In this document: one piece after another, positions 8,493 through 16,192 of the stretch
Position numbering within the stretch: the first letter of the stretch is position 1
Layout of the letters: each line of letters opens with the position of its first letter
Virus record (IMG/VR): IMGVR_UViG_3300025889_000121
Span: 1 to 61,938 of that record
DNA: 61,938 nt
From: a virus
Lineage: Duplodnaviria; Caudoviricetes
Reading direction: 5' to 3' (one strand)
The notes under the pieces: model-generated
Seen by the model: only the letters and a program-made list of their open reading frames with translations
Told to the model about the DNA's origin: nothing
Databases searched by the model: none
Translations under genes and position numbers: made by a program

Positions 8493-9539
8493 CTAGAAGA
8501 ATTGTTTATTACGCATTGCCCAATCTACAAACTTCTTATTGGTCGCCGCGATAGGTTGTTTACTACCATTCATGATGTTGACTGCAAATAGTGCTTGCAT
8601 CTCCATAGGCAATCTTTCCATGTATGTTAGCCAAGGTTCAAAGTTCTCTTTCGTAATACCCATCAACTCACGCATGACAAGAATAACTTTAGCCGAAGGG
8701 TCGGAAGGAATGTTAGCTTTATCAGGTTGTTTGTATATTGATTCACGTGTAGGCAGTTCGTCAGCCAATGAGAAGAACGCAGCCATGTCTCTAGCAGCTG
8801 ATTCACCTATGGTGCCTGCAAGTGCAGCCATGGTTGTATCAACACCTAGTTCCTTACGTGCTTTGACAATATGTGAGGCCTTGTGCAAAGAACGTGGGGT
8901 AACAAATGCTTCTTGCTCTCTAGTTGGATCAAATATATACATGTTCTCTTTCTGAGATTTATCAAGATAACTAGCAAGACAATGTGGAAATTGTTTTACC
9001 CATGCAATAACTTCTGCTGACAAGTCATTACTGATTGCCCAATTAATCCATTCATCATCACTAGGATTGCGTAGATACACAGATGTGATTCTGTTCTTAG
9101 CATGTGCTTTGAGTGAATCGCCAACACCATCTGTCAACATGTTACCTGTTGAATAGACTATTGAGTCAGGGTGAAACTTAACTGAACCTAGTCTTCTCTC
9201 GAGCATGACTGGTAATAGCATGTTCTTGACTGGCTCACTTGCTTTAGTAATCTCGTCAAGCATGATGATTACAGGCTTACCATGATGTAGTTGAAATCGT
9301 TCGTTAGGGTAGAACGCTGTTGACTTTGTTTCATGATTCATTGCAGGCATAGCCAAGTCACCAAGGTCTAAATCTGCGCAATCAATGTATACAGGTATGT
9401 GGTCAGGATGTTTCTCTGCAAGAGTTTGCAGTATAGATGATTTACCAATTCCAGGCTGACCTTGCACGTGGATAGTGGTAGTAGTGCCAACGCTACTAAT
9501 TAGATTAGTTACGTCTGTTAGATTTACGGTTAGTTGCAT
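8493..9539 (-). CDS. AAA+ ATPase (MoxR/dynein-related type)
   Basis: Walker A GQPGIGKS, Walker B IMLDE, STGN sensor, TPRS. Confidence 0.9.
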   Translation of the reverse strand: MQLTVNLTDVTNLISSVGTTTTIHVQGQPGIGKSSILQTLAEKHPDHIPVYIDCADLDLGDLAMPAMNHETKSTAFYPNERFQLHHGKPVIIMLDEITKASEPVKNMLLPVMLERRLGSVKFHPDSIVYSTGNMLTDGVGDSLKAHAKNRITSVYLRNPSDDEWINWAISNDLSAEVIAWVKQFPHCLASYLDKSQKENMYIFDPTREQEAFVTPRSLHKASHIVKARKELGVDTTMAALAGTIGESAARDMAAFFSLADELPTRESIYKQPDKANIPSDPSAKVILVMRELMGITKENFEPWLTYMERLPMEMQALFAVNIMNGSKQPIAATNKKFVDWAMRNKQFF

Positions 9540-9563
9540 TGTAGTTTCCTTTCATAATAAATG

Positions 9564-9591
9564 CACGTTTTCACAAAATTGTGAATTTGTG
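9564..9591. repeat. 28-bp palindromic element, copy 2
   Basis: Identical to copy 1. Confidence 0.95.
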
Positions 9592-9593
9592 CG

Positions 9594-10547
9594 TTAAACA
9601 ACTGGTTCAAGAACTGATAGCTGTCGACCTTTAAAGTCTCTATCTATCGCCTGTTGAAGTAAGTTCAAACTAGGTAATTTCCATACGTGACGAAACCAAT
9701 CATGCTGAGCATGTTTAGTTATAAAATGAAGCATAGTTTTATAATGACTTTCGTCTGTAGTTTGATCTTTTACATCAAACTTATATTTATCATATGTTTC
9801 ATCAGTAATTGTTGCATTTAGTAACGGATATGCAGACTCAACGTAATCATGTAAATCTTTTAGTTTTGTCTTACGCAAAGAATTAAGCAGTTTTCTGTTA
9901 ACTTTGTATTTTGTTGGTTGCACAAATTGCTCAACGTTTGTTGGTTTGCCTTCGTAATCAAACGCATAAGGAATATTGTCAGCAACATCAAACCAAGAGT
10001 GACCGTTAATCAAAGATGAGCCATCTATGTTTGACATGCGCGCTGTAAAGTTAAGTGGTTGCTCACAATCTTTTTCATTAAAACCTTCAGGAACATATTC
10101 ACGCCAAGGAATTGAATAAAATATTTTCTTGGTGAATCTTGTATAATAGTTCTCACCTCCCCTACTTCCTACTATGTGATATCTACTTAGCTTCATAGTA
10201 AAATGGTCTGGGTAATAAAATAAGTCGTTGCTTTTATCAAAAGATTTTTTAAGTTCGTTTTCAAAATCCCTTTCTTCGCCGACAGGATGTCGAACATCAT
10301 ATGGCGAGTTACGACTAAGCGAGTAATATGGGTATTCAGCATCGAAATATTTTGTAAGATATACACTGCCGTAATGTTTTGTTATCATATTTCTGCTTGA
10401 TTGAAACTGCATTATAATGTCTCTCTCTTCTTGTGGTTCGTGTCGAGTAAAGCTAATAGGGTCCATAAATTGCCATAGTGGCTCTAGTTTTTCATACTGC
10501 AAAATCTTTGGTTCAGTATTCCAGTTAATACTTAAATCAAATGTCAT
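9594..10547 (-). CDS. Hypothetical protein
   Basis: 317-aa ORF with AAAGGAAACT RBS. Confidence 0.8.
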   Translation of the reverse strand: MTFDLSINWNTEPKILQYEKLEPLWQFMDPISFTRHEPQEERDIIMQFQSSRNMITKHYGSVYLTKYFDAEYPYYSLSRNSPYDVRHPVGEERDFENELKKSFDKSNDLFYYPDHFTMKLSRYHIVGSRGGENYYTRFTKKIFYSIPWREYVPEGFNEKDCEQPLNFTARMSNIDGSSLINGHSWFDVADNIPYAFDYEGKPTNVEQFVQPTKYKVNRKLLNSLRKTKLKDLHDYVESAYPLLNATITDETYDKYKFDVKDQTTDESHYKTMLHFITKHAQHDWFRHVWKLPSLNLLQQAIDRDFKGRQLSVLEPVV

Positions 10548-10574
10548 GATAGTTTCCTTTCATATTTTGTTAAG

Positions 10575-10602
10575 CACGTTTTCACAAAATTGTGAATTTG
10601 TG
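10575..10602. repeat. 28-bp palindromic element, copy 3
   Basis: Identical to copy 1. Confidence 0.95.
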
Positions 10603-10648
10603 CAGGGTTAGATTGCGTTTGTATGGGATAGACTACCCCCATTCTTAT

Positions 10649-10677
10649 AGTATACACTATTTAGTTAACAATGTCAA
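10649..10677 (-). promoter_or_regulatory. Sigma70-type early promoter
   Basis: TTGACA-17 bp-TATACT. Confidence 0.85.
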
Positions 10678-10678
10678 G

Positions 10679-10882
10679 TCATTTAATTAGCCCTCCTTTA
10701 TTATTAATGCCTTTCAAATCATCAGGATTGGTGAACAACATGTAGTTAGATTTGTGCATTGGTGCTACACAATGTTTTACTTTGTTAGCTTCGTTCTCAC
10801 CACAAGATAAACAGGTCTTGTATCCTAACTTGTGTCTACCTGTAGGCACGTGTTCCCCACAATTTATACAAACGTAGTTCAT
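10679..10882 (-). CDS. Zn-finger protein (DksA-C4-like finger)
   Basis: CINCGE...R..LGY.TCLSCGE...APMHKSNY. Confidence 0.75.
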   Translation of the reverse strand: MNYVCINCGEHVPTGRHKLGYKTCLSCGENEANKVKHCVAPMHKSNYMLFTNPDDLKGINNKGGLIK

Positions 10883-11121
10883 GCGACCTCCTCCTTATAA
10901 AAATTTATAGGTTGTAGTTCACAGTAACATTTTGTGTTTCTAACAAGCCATGTAGAGCATTCACCAAAGTCACTTTCGTCTTGTTCTTCATAATGAGAAC
11001 AAGTTTGTTGGCTCTCATAATCATGTCCATGTGGGCATGGGTGTAACTCGGTTATTTCCCCTGAACATACCTTGCTAAACACATTTGCATGGTCTTCGTT
11101 TTTTAAATCTAAAAACATCAT
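10879..11121 (-). CDS. Cys/His-rich hypothetical protein
   Basis: Coupled ORF in early operon. Confidence 0.65.
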   Translation of the reverse strand: MMFLDLKNEDHANVFSKVCSGEITELHPCPHGHDYESQQTCSHYEEQDESDFGECSTWLVRNTKCYCELQPINFYKEEVA

Positions 11122-11360
11122 TCGTCTTCCTCCTTTTCTATCTCCTCTATTTCTATCAATGTTTCATAATCATTACAACTTAAATTTAATTCCTCATATT
11201 TGTCTATCTCTCTTGTTACTGCAAGTGGCGTATACTTAAATTCAATGCCACCTGATTCGATAGCTTTTTCAACATCTTCTTCGCTTTCAGCCTCAACAAT
11301 ATATTCAGAGGTTGCCCACAAAGTATATTCTTGCTCTACCAAAACTCTATATTTATTCAT
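11118..11360 (-). CDS. Acidic hypothetical protein
   Basis: VEAESEED motif typical of phage early proteins; coupled. Confidence 0.75.
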   Translation of the reverse strand: MNKYRVLVEQEYTLWATSEYIVEAESEEDVEKAIESGGIEFKYTPLAVTREIDKYEELNLSCNDYETLIEIEEIEKEEDE

Positions 11361-11596
11361 TTCATTTCCTCCCCAAAGGTTGTGTCAATACATGCTTGAC
11401 CTGTTTTTAAATAGATATTACTGCCATACTCAGTGGCTTGAAAAGCTATACCTTTCTGACATACATAATCAGGTAGTAGTGGGTTAATCAGTGGTCCTAA
11501 TTCTTGCCACAAATATGTCACTCCCCACCCAATTAATATGCCCATGACTACACCTAAGAACATATCGCCATAACTTACTCCGTCTATTACTTTCAT
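11357..11596 (-). CDS. Membrane-anchored hypothetical protein
   Basis: One TM segment plus a Cys pair. Confidence 0.7.
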   Translation of the reverse strand: MKVIDGVSYGDMFLGVVMGILIGWGVTYLWQELGPLINPLLPDYVCQKGIAFQATEYGSNIYLKTGQACIDTTFGEEMK

Positions 11597-11730
11597 TAGT
11601 GTTTCTCCTCAGTTACTTCGTGAACGATACTGACTATCCCATTATCGTCTAATGCTTCAACGATTTGGTCAAACCAATCTTTAGCTGTGTCGATACTATC
11701 CTCGACTATGACTAGAAATTTTCTATCCAT
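11596..11730 (-). CDS. 44-aa hypothetical protein (MDRKFLVIVEDS...)
   Basis: Manual translation; GGAGG RBS; TAATG coupling. Confidence 0.65.
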   Translation of the reverse strand: MDRKFLVIVEDSIDTAKDWFDQIVEALDDNGIVSIVHEVTEEKH

Positions 11731-11763
11731 TTCAATTTTCCTCCGTTTTAACATATAACTCTC

Positions 11764-11931
11764 TTATAGTGTAGTTACCCATACAAGCATAGAAGCTGTT
11801 GTAAAACCAAGACCAAAACCTACGGCAAAAGATAGAATTATCTTGTCCCTAGCCTCGCGTGCATACTGCACCTTCCATAGCCAATTTTGTTTGGCACGTT
11901 TTGCTGATATATCTTCGTCAAATGTATACAT
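11764..11931 (-). CDS. Small membrane protein (MYTFDEDIS...)
   Basis: AAGGAG RBS before the ATG at 11931; C-terminal TM. Confidence 0.65.
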   Translation of the reverse strand: MYTFDEDISAKRAKQNWLWKVQYAREARDKIILSFAVGFGLGFTTASMLVWVTTL

Positions 11932-11943
11932 AGTTACTCTCCT

Positions 11944-11969
11944 TAAAAGAGGAGGCTTTCGCCCCCTGT
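11944..11969 (-). terminator. Hairpin GGGGGC-GAAA-GCCUCC with short U-tract
   Basis: GNRA-capped stem in an intergenic gap; weak terminator or processing site. Confidence 0.45.
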
Positions 11970-11971
11970 GA

Positions 11972-12196
11972 TTAAAAATCATTATCAAATTTAACTGATG
12001 CCTTAATTGTGTCTTCGATTGCCCAGTATAGTTTGTTACCATATTCGGTATCTCTTGTACCACCATATAGGCTATCAGGGTCGGGTTCGATACATCTAGA
12101 TTCAATACCTAACTCTGTTACAACACTCACAAAAACTTTGTGTGCGATATCGCAAATTTCTTCTAACTCTAACTTACATTGTTTTTCTACTTGCAT
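11972..12196 (-). CDS. Hypothetical protein (MQVEKQ...)
   Basis: AAGGAG RBS before the ATG at 12196. Confidence 0.7.
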   Translation of the reverse strand: MQVEKQCKLELEEICDIAHKVFVSVVTELGIESRCIEPDPDSLYGGTRDTEYGNKLYWAIEDTIKASVKFDNDF

Positions 12197-12215
12197 AATA
12201 GTCTCCTTGTATATA

Positions 12216-12243
12216 CACGTTTTCACAAAATTGTGAATTTGTG
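12216..12243. repeat. 28-bp palindromic element, copy 4
   Basis: Identical to copy 1. Confidence 0.95.
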
Positions 12244-12245
12244 TG

Positions 12246-12452
12246 TTAAAAAAGTGGTTCTCCATGCTTTGCAGTAAACTCATCATTGAGTTCTTTCGCA
12301 GTCTTGATTACCACATCTAGCTTTACTACTTTTAAATCAGGTTTGTTTGCAACAAACCACCCAGCCTCACGTTTTGATCGAAATCTACGCAAGGGTATTG
12401 CATCGTCATCAACGACTATGTGTGTGAACGGATATAGTTCTTCACTTGACAC
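12246..12452 (-). CDS. Hypothetical protein
   Basis: ORF in operon. Confidence 0.7.
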   Translation of the reverse strand: MSSEELYPFTHIVVDDDAIPLRRFRSKREAGWFVANKPDLKVVKLDVVIKTAKELNDEFTAKHGEPLF

Positions 12453-12810
12453 GATGGATGAACCTACTTTTAATCTTAATCTTACCTTCGCTTAGAAGTT
12501 GGTCGAGTTTGTCGGTCGAGTAAAATGCTTCTTGCAACATACAAGGCTTCCTCCGTGTGTAGCGTAGTTGATCGCCTGTGGCTCGGTAACTAGACAATAT
12601 ATTCAGATTAACTAGGTAAGGGAGAATATGTGTAAGTTGTCTGTGTTGAAACCCCAAGCGTGTGGTAATATCAGTTGGTGACATATCTATATCATCGTCA
12701 CATAGTAACTCTAGTATCATGTCGCGAACTTTTGAAAAGCGTAGTTCGGTGCCATCTACCTTTTTATAGATATGGGTTAATACATTATCCTTATTTGGTA
12801 TGCGCATCAT
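12442..12810 (-). CDS. Putative winged-helix DNA-binding protein
   Basis: MSPTDITTRLG...L..LV...IL pattern. Confidence 0.5.
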   Translation of the reverse strand: MMRIPNKDNVLTHIYKKVDGTELRFSKVRDMILELLCDDDIDMSPTDITTRLGFQHRQLTHILPYLVNLNILSSYRATGDQLRYTRRKPCMLQEAFYSTDKLDQLLSEGKIKIKSRFIHRVK

Positions 12811-12813
12811 AAG

Positions 12814-13053
12814 TTAGTCCTCACAGTTACCATTTATACAGAACCTGTTACCAGACAATATTTCTTCTTCGAGTTTGTCCATAGCATCGCGTTCAGCTTT
12901 GTCAGGCTCACCCTTATGTCTGTCGACAAGTGAAAGTATTGCAACAGCCATTTCTTGTCTGCCGAAGCACATATCGTCAGCTGTAGGTTGGGCTAGTTCT
13001 TCGTTGCAATATATAACTATCTCATCGAGTATTTCGTTAGCTTTGTTACTCAT
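12814..13053 (-). CDS. Hypothetical protein (MSNKANE...)
   Basis: AAGGAG RBS; C-terminal CINGNCED. Confidence 0.7.
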   Translation of the reverse strand: MSNKANEILDEIVIYCNEELAQPTADDMCFGRQEMAVAILSLVDRHKGEPDKAERDAMDKLEEEILSGNRFCINGNCED

Positions 13054-13229
13054 TCTAGGTCTACTCCTTTTTTGTTTATGTGCGTTACGCACGACCATGT
13101 GATAGTAGATAAGTCGTAATGTTTGGATAACATTTCTTCTATATCTGCATCAGAGTTGTTAATATGATGAAATGTAACTCGACCAATGCCGTCTATCACG
13201 ACTACTGATTTGCATGTTTCGGTGTTCAT
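13050..13229 (-). CDS. 59-aa hypothetical protein (MNTETCKSVVV...)
   Basis: Manual translation; ATGA-coupled at both ends. Confidence 0.65.
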   Translation of the reverse strand: MNTETCKSVVVIDGIGRVTFHHINNSDADIEEMLSKHYDLSTITWSCVTHINKKGVDLE

Positions 13230-13573
13230 ACCATTTTCTCTTCAATGACATCGTAACCTCGAGACATCCAACTTTTAGGTGTTATGTTTCGGAACCAATC
13301 TGATACAGTAGGTATGATGCCACCACAGTCTTCTTTGACGTGTTGTTCGCCTATGTATCTGACAGGGACTTCTTTGCCGTCTGAATTAGTGATTGTAGTG
13401 CCGAACACACGCTCGCACTCAAATATACCTTGTGCGTGGTGACGTAGTGCTCTATGTCTGAAATCGGCAAATGTTTCTTTAGTAGCATCGAACCAATCAT
13501 GAATCGGTTGATAGTCTGTGGGTTTGCCGCCCCACTTTTTGACACTTGTTAGTGCGTGGTGATATGTGTGCAT
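13226..13573 (-). CDS. His-rich conserved protein (DUF6915-like)
   Basis: HHA.SSVKKWGG...IHDWFD..K...HRALRHH...EQHVKED; start moved to the ATG after GAGGAG. Confidence 0.8.
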   Translation of the reverse strand: MHTYHHALTSVKKWGGKPTDYQPIHDWFDATKETFADFRHRALRHHAQGIFECERVFGTTITNSDGKEVPVRYIGEQHVKEDCGGIIPTVSDWFRNITPKSWMSRGYDVIEEKMV

Positions 13574-13591
13574 ATCGTTCTCCTCTCTGTC

Positions 13592-13619
13592 CACAAATTC
13601 ACAAAATTGTGAAAACGTG
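13592..13619. repeat. 28-bp palindromic element, copy 5 (arms inverted)
   Basis: CACAAATTCACAAAATTGTGAAAACGTG. Confidence 0.9.
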
Positions 13620-13664
13620 GAATGGTTAATAAATAAAAATGAGTTTCTTTTGCCCATTTCTATT

Positions 13665-13693
13665 ATTATACTACATCTAGCTGACAAAGTCAA
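13665..13693 (-). promoter_or_regulatory. Sigma70-type early promoter
   Basis: TTGACT-17 bp-TATAAT. Confidence 0.85.
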
Positions 13694-13694
13694 G

Positions 13695-13958
13695 TTAGTT
13701 CCAGTCCTCTCGAAGCTGTTTTATATCTACGACGTTGTTAACTTCGTTAGCTTTGTCCTCATTCTTTTTCTCATGGCGCTTGAGCTCTATTAGAAATAGT
13801 TTCCATAGTCCTGCAGGCATAGGGAACTTGCCTTTCTCCCATCTCGCCCATGTCTCTCTTGACACACAAACGTAATGTGCACAATCAGCCTGTGATAATT
13901 TTGATCGCAGTCTTACATTCTTTATTTCGGATATGCTTGGGGTGTGATATAGGCTCAT
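13695..13958 (-). CDS. XRE-family HTH protein
   Basis: IKNVR...LSQADCA...VSRETWARWEKG..PMP. Confidence 0.9.
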   Translation of the reverse strand: MSLYHTPSISEIKNVRLRSKLSQADCAHYVCVSRETWARWEKGKFPMPAGLWKLFLIELKRHEKKNEDKANEVNNVVDIKQLREDWN

Positions 13959-14176
13959 GACATCTTACCTTGTCTTGACTTTATCACCCTGCATTTAAGT
14001 TCAAATAGTTCCCAATATGCAAGTGGCATTGGTGTGTTTCCTCTCTCGTATCGTTGAAAAGTTCGGTTGCTAATGTGAAGCAAATTGCCTGCGTCTGTGG
14101 TTGACAGTTTTAAGTCTAGGCGCAAATCTTTTATTTCTTTTGGGGTGGGTGGTCGTAGTATTTTATCGGTCATCAT
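13955..14176 (-). CDS. XRE-family HTH protein (paralogue of neighbour)
   Basis: EIKDLR...LSTTDAG.LLHISNRTFQRYERG..PMP; start moved to MMTDK after AAGGAG. Confidence 0.9.
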   Translation of the reverse strand: MMTDKILRPPTPKEIKDLRLDLKLSTTDAGNLLHISNRTFQRYERGNTPMPLAYWELFELKCRVIKSRQGKMS

Positions 14177-14198
14177 CTCTCCTTTAGCTTGGATATTT

Positions 14199-14227
14199 AG
14201 TATAGCAACGCGACAGATTGTCGTCAA
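14199..14227 (-). promoter_or_regulatory. Sigma70 promoter of the XRE pair with an operator-like palindrome in its spacer
   Basis: TTGACG-17 bp-TATACT; GCGACAGATTGTCG at 14210-14223. Confidence 0.8.
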
Positions 14228-14317
14228 TACAGGTAAGCAAAATTTATATAGAGGCGACAGATTGACTAAATATATACGAGTATATATTTAATAGGAGATT
14301 TATTATGCGTAAATGTG

Positions 14318-14389
14318 ACACAGCGTTACAACACAGCGTTACAACACAGCGTCACACAATGAGACACAGTGTTGTGACGCAGCGTCACA
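14318..14389. repeat. 13-bp iteron-like repeats (ACACAGCGTYACA)
   Basis: Tandem copies at 14318, 14331 and 14344; variants at 14364 and 14377. Confidence 0.85.
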
Positions 14390-14458
14390 GACAGATTGTC
14401 GCGATTGCTTATTTTTTAATCAGTTGCGACAGATTGTCGCTTTTTGTGTCGATGGACT

Positions 14459-14808
14459 GTAATATTACTAAGTGCTTGATTTATATACAATATTACGGGT
14501 TTTAACTTCGTTAGCTTTGTTATATTATTACAGGGTAAGTTATTGATTTATAAGTAATATTACAGGTTTACAATGCCGTGTTTTGTATTCTTACAGCGTA
14601 AGTTATTGATTTTACAGTAATATTACATTATTACAGGTGTTTCAGCATAACTGCACTGCGCAGAGTAGATAAACGAAGCTAACAAAATAAAAAACAGTAT
14701 ATTTTTATACCTCCGTATACTATTTTTAACTGTAATAATGTAATAATGTAATAATACCCTAAATTATATATATAAAACATGCACTTATAATATTACAGGT
14801 AATATTAC
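14459..14808. promoter_or_regulatory. AT-rich array with IHF-consensus sites and GTAATATTAC palindromes (putative origin or packaging region)
   Basis: WATCAANNNNTTR matches at 14469, 14536 and 14599 (minus); GTAATATTAC at 14459, 14554, 14617 and 14799; (TGTAATAA)x3 at 14731. Confidence 0.6.
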
Positions 14809-14904
14809 GGACAAAGTCAAGCGTAATAATACAAAATGCGACAATCTGTCGCCTGCCTTGTATAGTTTGATCAACGCAGTTTACGAAGTTCTTTCGCTGT
14901 GCGA

Positions 14905-14948
14905 CGGTCATAGGTCGGTCATAACCTAACGGTCATGACCTCGGTCAT
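14905..14948. repeat. CGGTCAT x4 short direct repeats
   Basis: Copies at 14905, 14916, 14930 and 14942. Confidence 0.85.
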
Positions 14949-14965
14949 CAAAAAAATTTTGGGCG

Positions 14966-14992
14966 AAAAAAAAGGGGGGAAAAATCCCCCCT
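14966..14992 (-). terminator. Rho-independent terminator after gene 15011-15622
   Basis: G6/C6 stem followed by U8 on the minus strand. Confidence 0.8.
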
Positions 14993-15010
14993 AATTTTGA
15001 GAAAAGAGAA

Positions 15011-15622
15011 TTATTGTAAATTCTCTTTTTTGATAAACGCTAGTATTTTGGTTGCATTTTTTACAGCGTTTTCATTTTTGCTATTGAGCAATTTATTCAA
15101 TAAATCTTTGGTAGATTTAATGAAATCGCTATTATTTTCCTTAGCAATTTTCTCTTTTTCTTTTTTTCTAGCAGTTAAAACTTTGGTGATTTCATTCATG
15201 GTTTTACTATCTTGAGCAGAAATTAAATTTTGCTTCAAATCTGCATCAGAAATTTTACCATATTTTTCTGCCATAACTTTTTTAACTTCATCACGTCTAT
15301 TTTGCTCTGCTTGAGCTTTTTCAGTACGTGGCTTAACGTAACCTTCAGATTTAGCGAACTTCATAAAATCGCCCCAAAGATTTTGAGCATAGCCCATAGA
15401 GAAGCCTTTACCCAATTTCATACCATCAAGTACATGCTGTTGGACTGCATTAAAATGCTCTAATGAATTTTCATTAGTGAATAGCACCTGTAGAATTTCA
15501 TCATGTGCCTTGTCAACATCATTAACACCCTGCCAAATTATACTGCCTTGAGTGGCAAGTTTTTCGATAATGTCCTGAGTTAATACTGCAATAACATTAC
15601 TAGCTTTTTTTGAATTTTCCAT
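15011..15622 (-). CDS. Hypothetical protein, monocistronic; likely immediate-early
   Basis: 203-aa ORF with its own promoter, AAGGAAACT RBS and terminator. Confidence 0.8.
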   Translation of the reverse strand: MENSKKASNVIAVLTQDIIEKLATQGSIIWQGVNDVDKAHDEILQVLFTNENSLEHFNAVQQHVLDGMKLGKGFSMGYAQNLWGDFMKFAKSEGYVKPRTEKAQAEQNRRDEVKKVMAEKYGKISDADLKQNLISAQDSKTMNEITKVLTARKKEKEKIAKENNSDFIKSTKDLLNKLLNSKNENAVKNATKILAFIKKENLQ

Positions 15623-15657
15623 TTTTTAGTTTCCTTATTAAAGTTTTTTAAATTTTC

Positions 15658-15685
15658 CACATTTTCAGAAATTTATGAATTCGTG
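15658..15685. repeat. 28-bp palindromic element, degenerate copy 6
   Basis: CACATTTTCAGAAATTTATGAATTCGTG with TTCCAC/GTGGAA flanks. Confidence 0.7.
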
Positions 15686-15721
15686 GAACTAGTGATTGAT
15701 TAATTAATCAACCATATGAGT

Positions 15722-15750
15722 ATTATCTTATATTTGATTGACAATGTCAA
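15722..15750 (-). promoter_or_regulatory. Sigma70-type early promoter
   Basis: TTGACA-17 bp-GATAAT. Confidence 0.7.
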
Positions 15751-16192
15751 TCTATCTCAACCCTACCCATAGGGTATCGCCACGGTCACGCGCGGGACTC
15801 CTGGCTGGGGCGCTTACACTTTAATCTGCACAAATAATTACAAAATTTTTAAAAATCAACTGACCCCCACCCCCCTCTTATGCAAACACCCCCCGTCAAT
15901 GGTACCTTTACCTCCAGGTTATTTTTAAATATATATTTTTTCTGCAACTAACCTTTTATAAATCAACAACTTAATCTAAAAAATTCATACCACTGGCCAG
16001 TGCTATGTAAAAACAAATGCGAATGAGTCTCGCTACCACATGAAATAAAAAAGATAGCTACAATACGGGAATGAATATACATGAACTTATTATTGGACTT
16101 TTCTGCCTTTGGGTGTTTTGCCTATCAATGGTTGCATAAAATAAATAATTGCGTTATATTAGCAGCAACAACGTTATATAGACGCAAAAACT

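Noticed and set aside
14305-14505. Plus-strand 66-aa ORF with AGGAG RBS
   Set aside because: It translates the DNA repeat array and lies against the early arm; not excluded, but unsupported
4406-15685. 28-bp repeats as a CRISPR array
   Set aside because: Copies are 1-5 kb apart with whole genes between them, not short spacers; no cas operon
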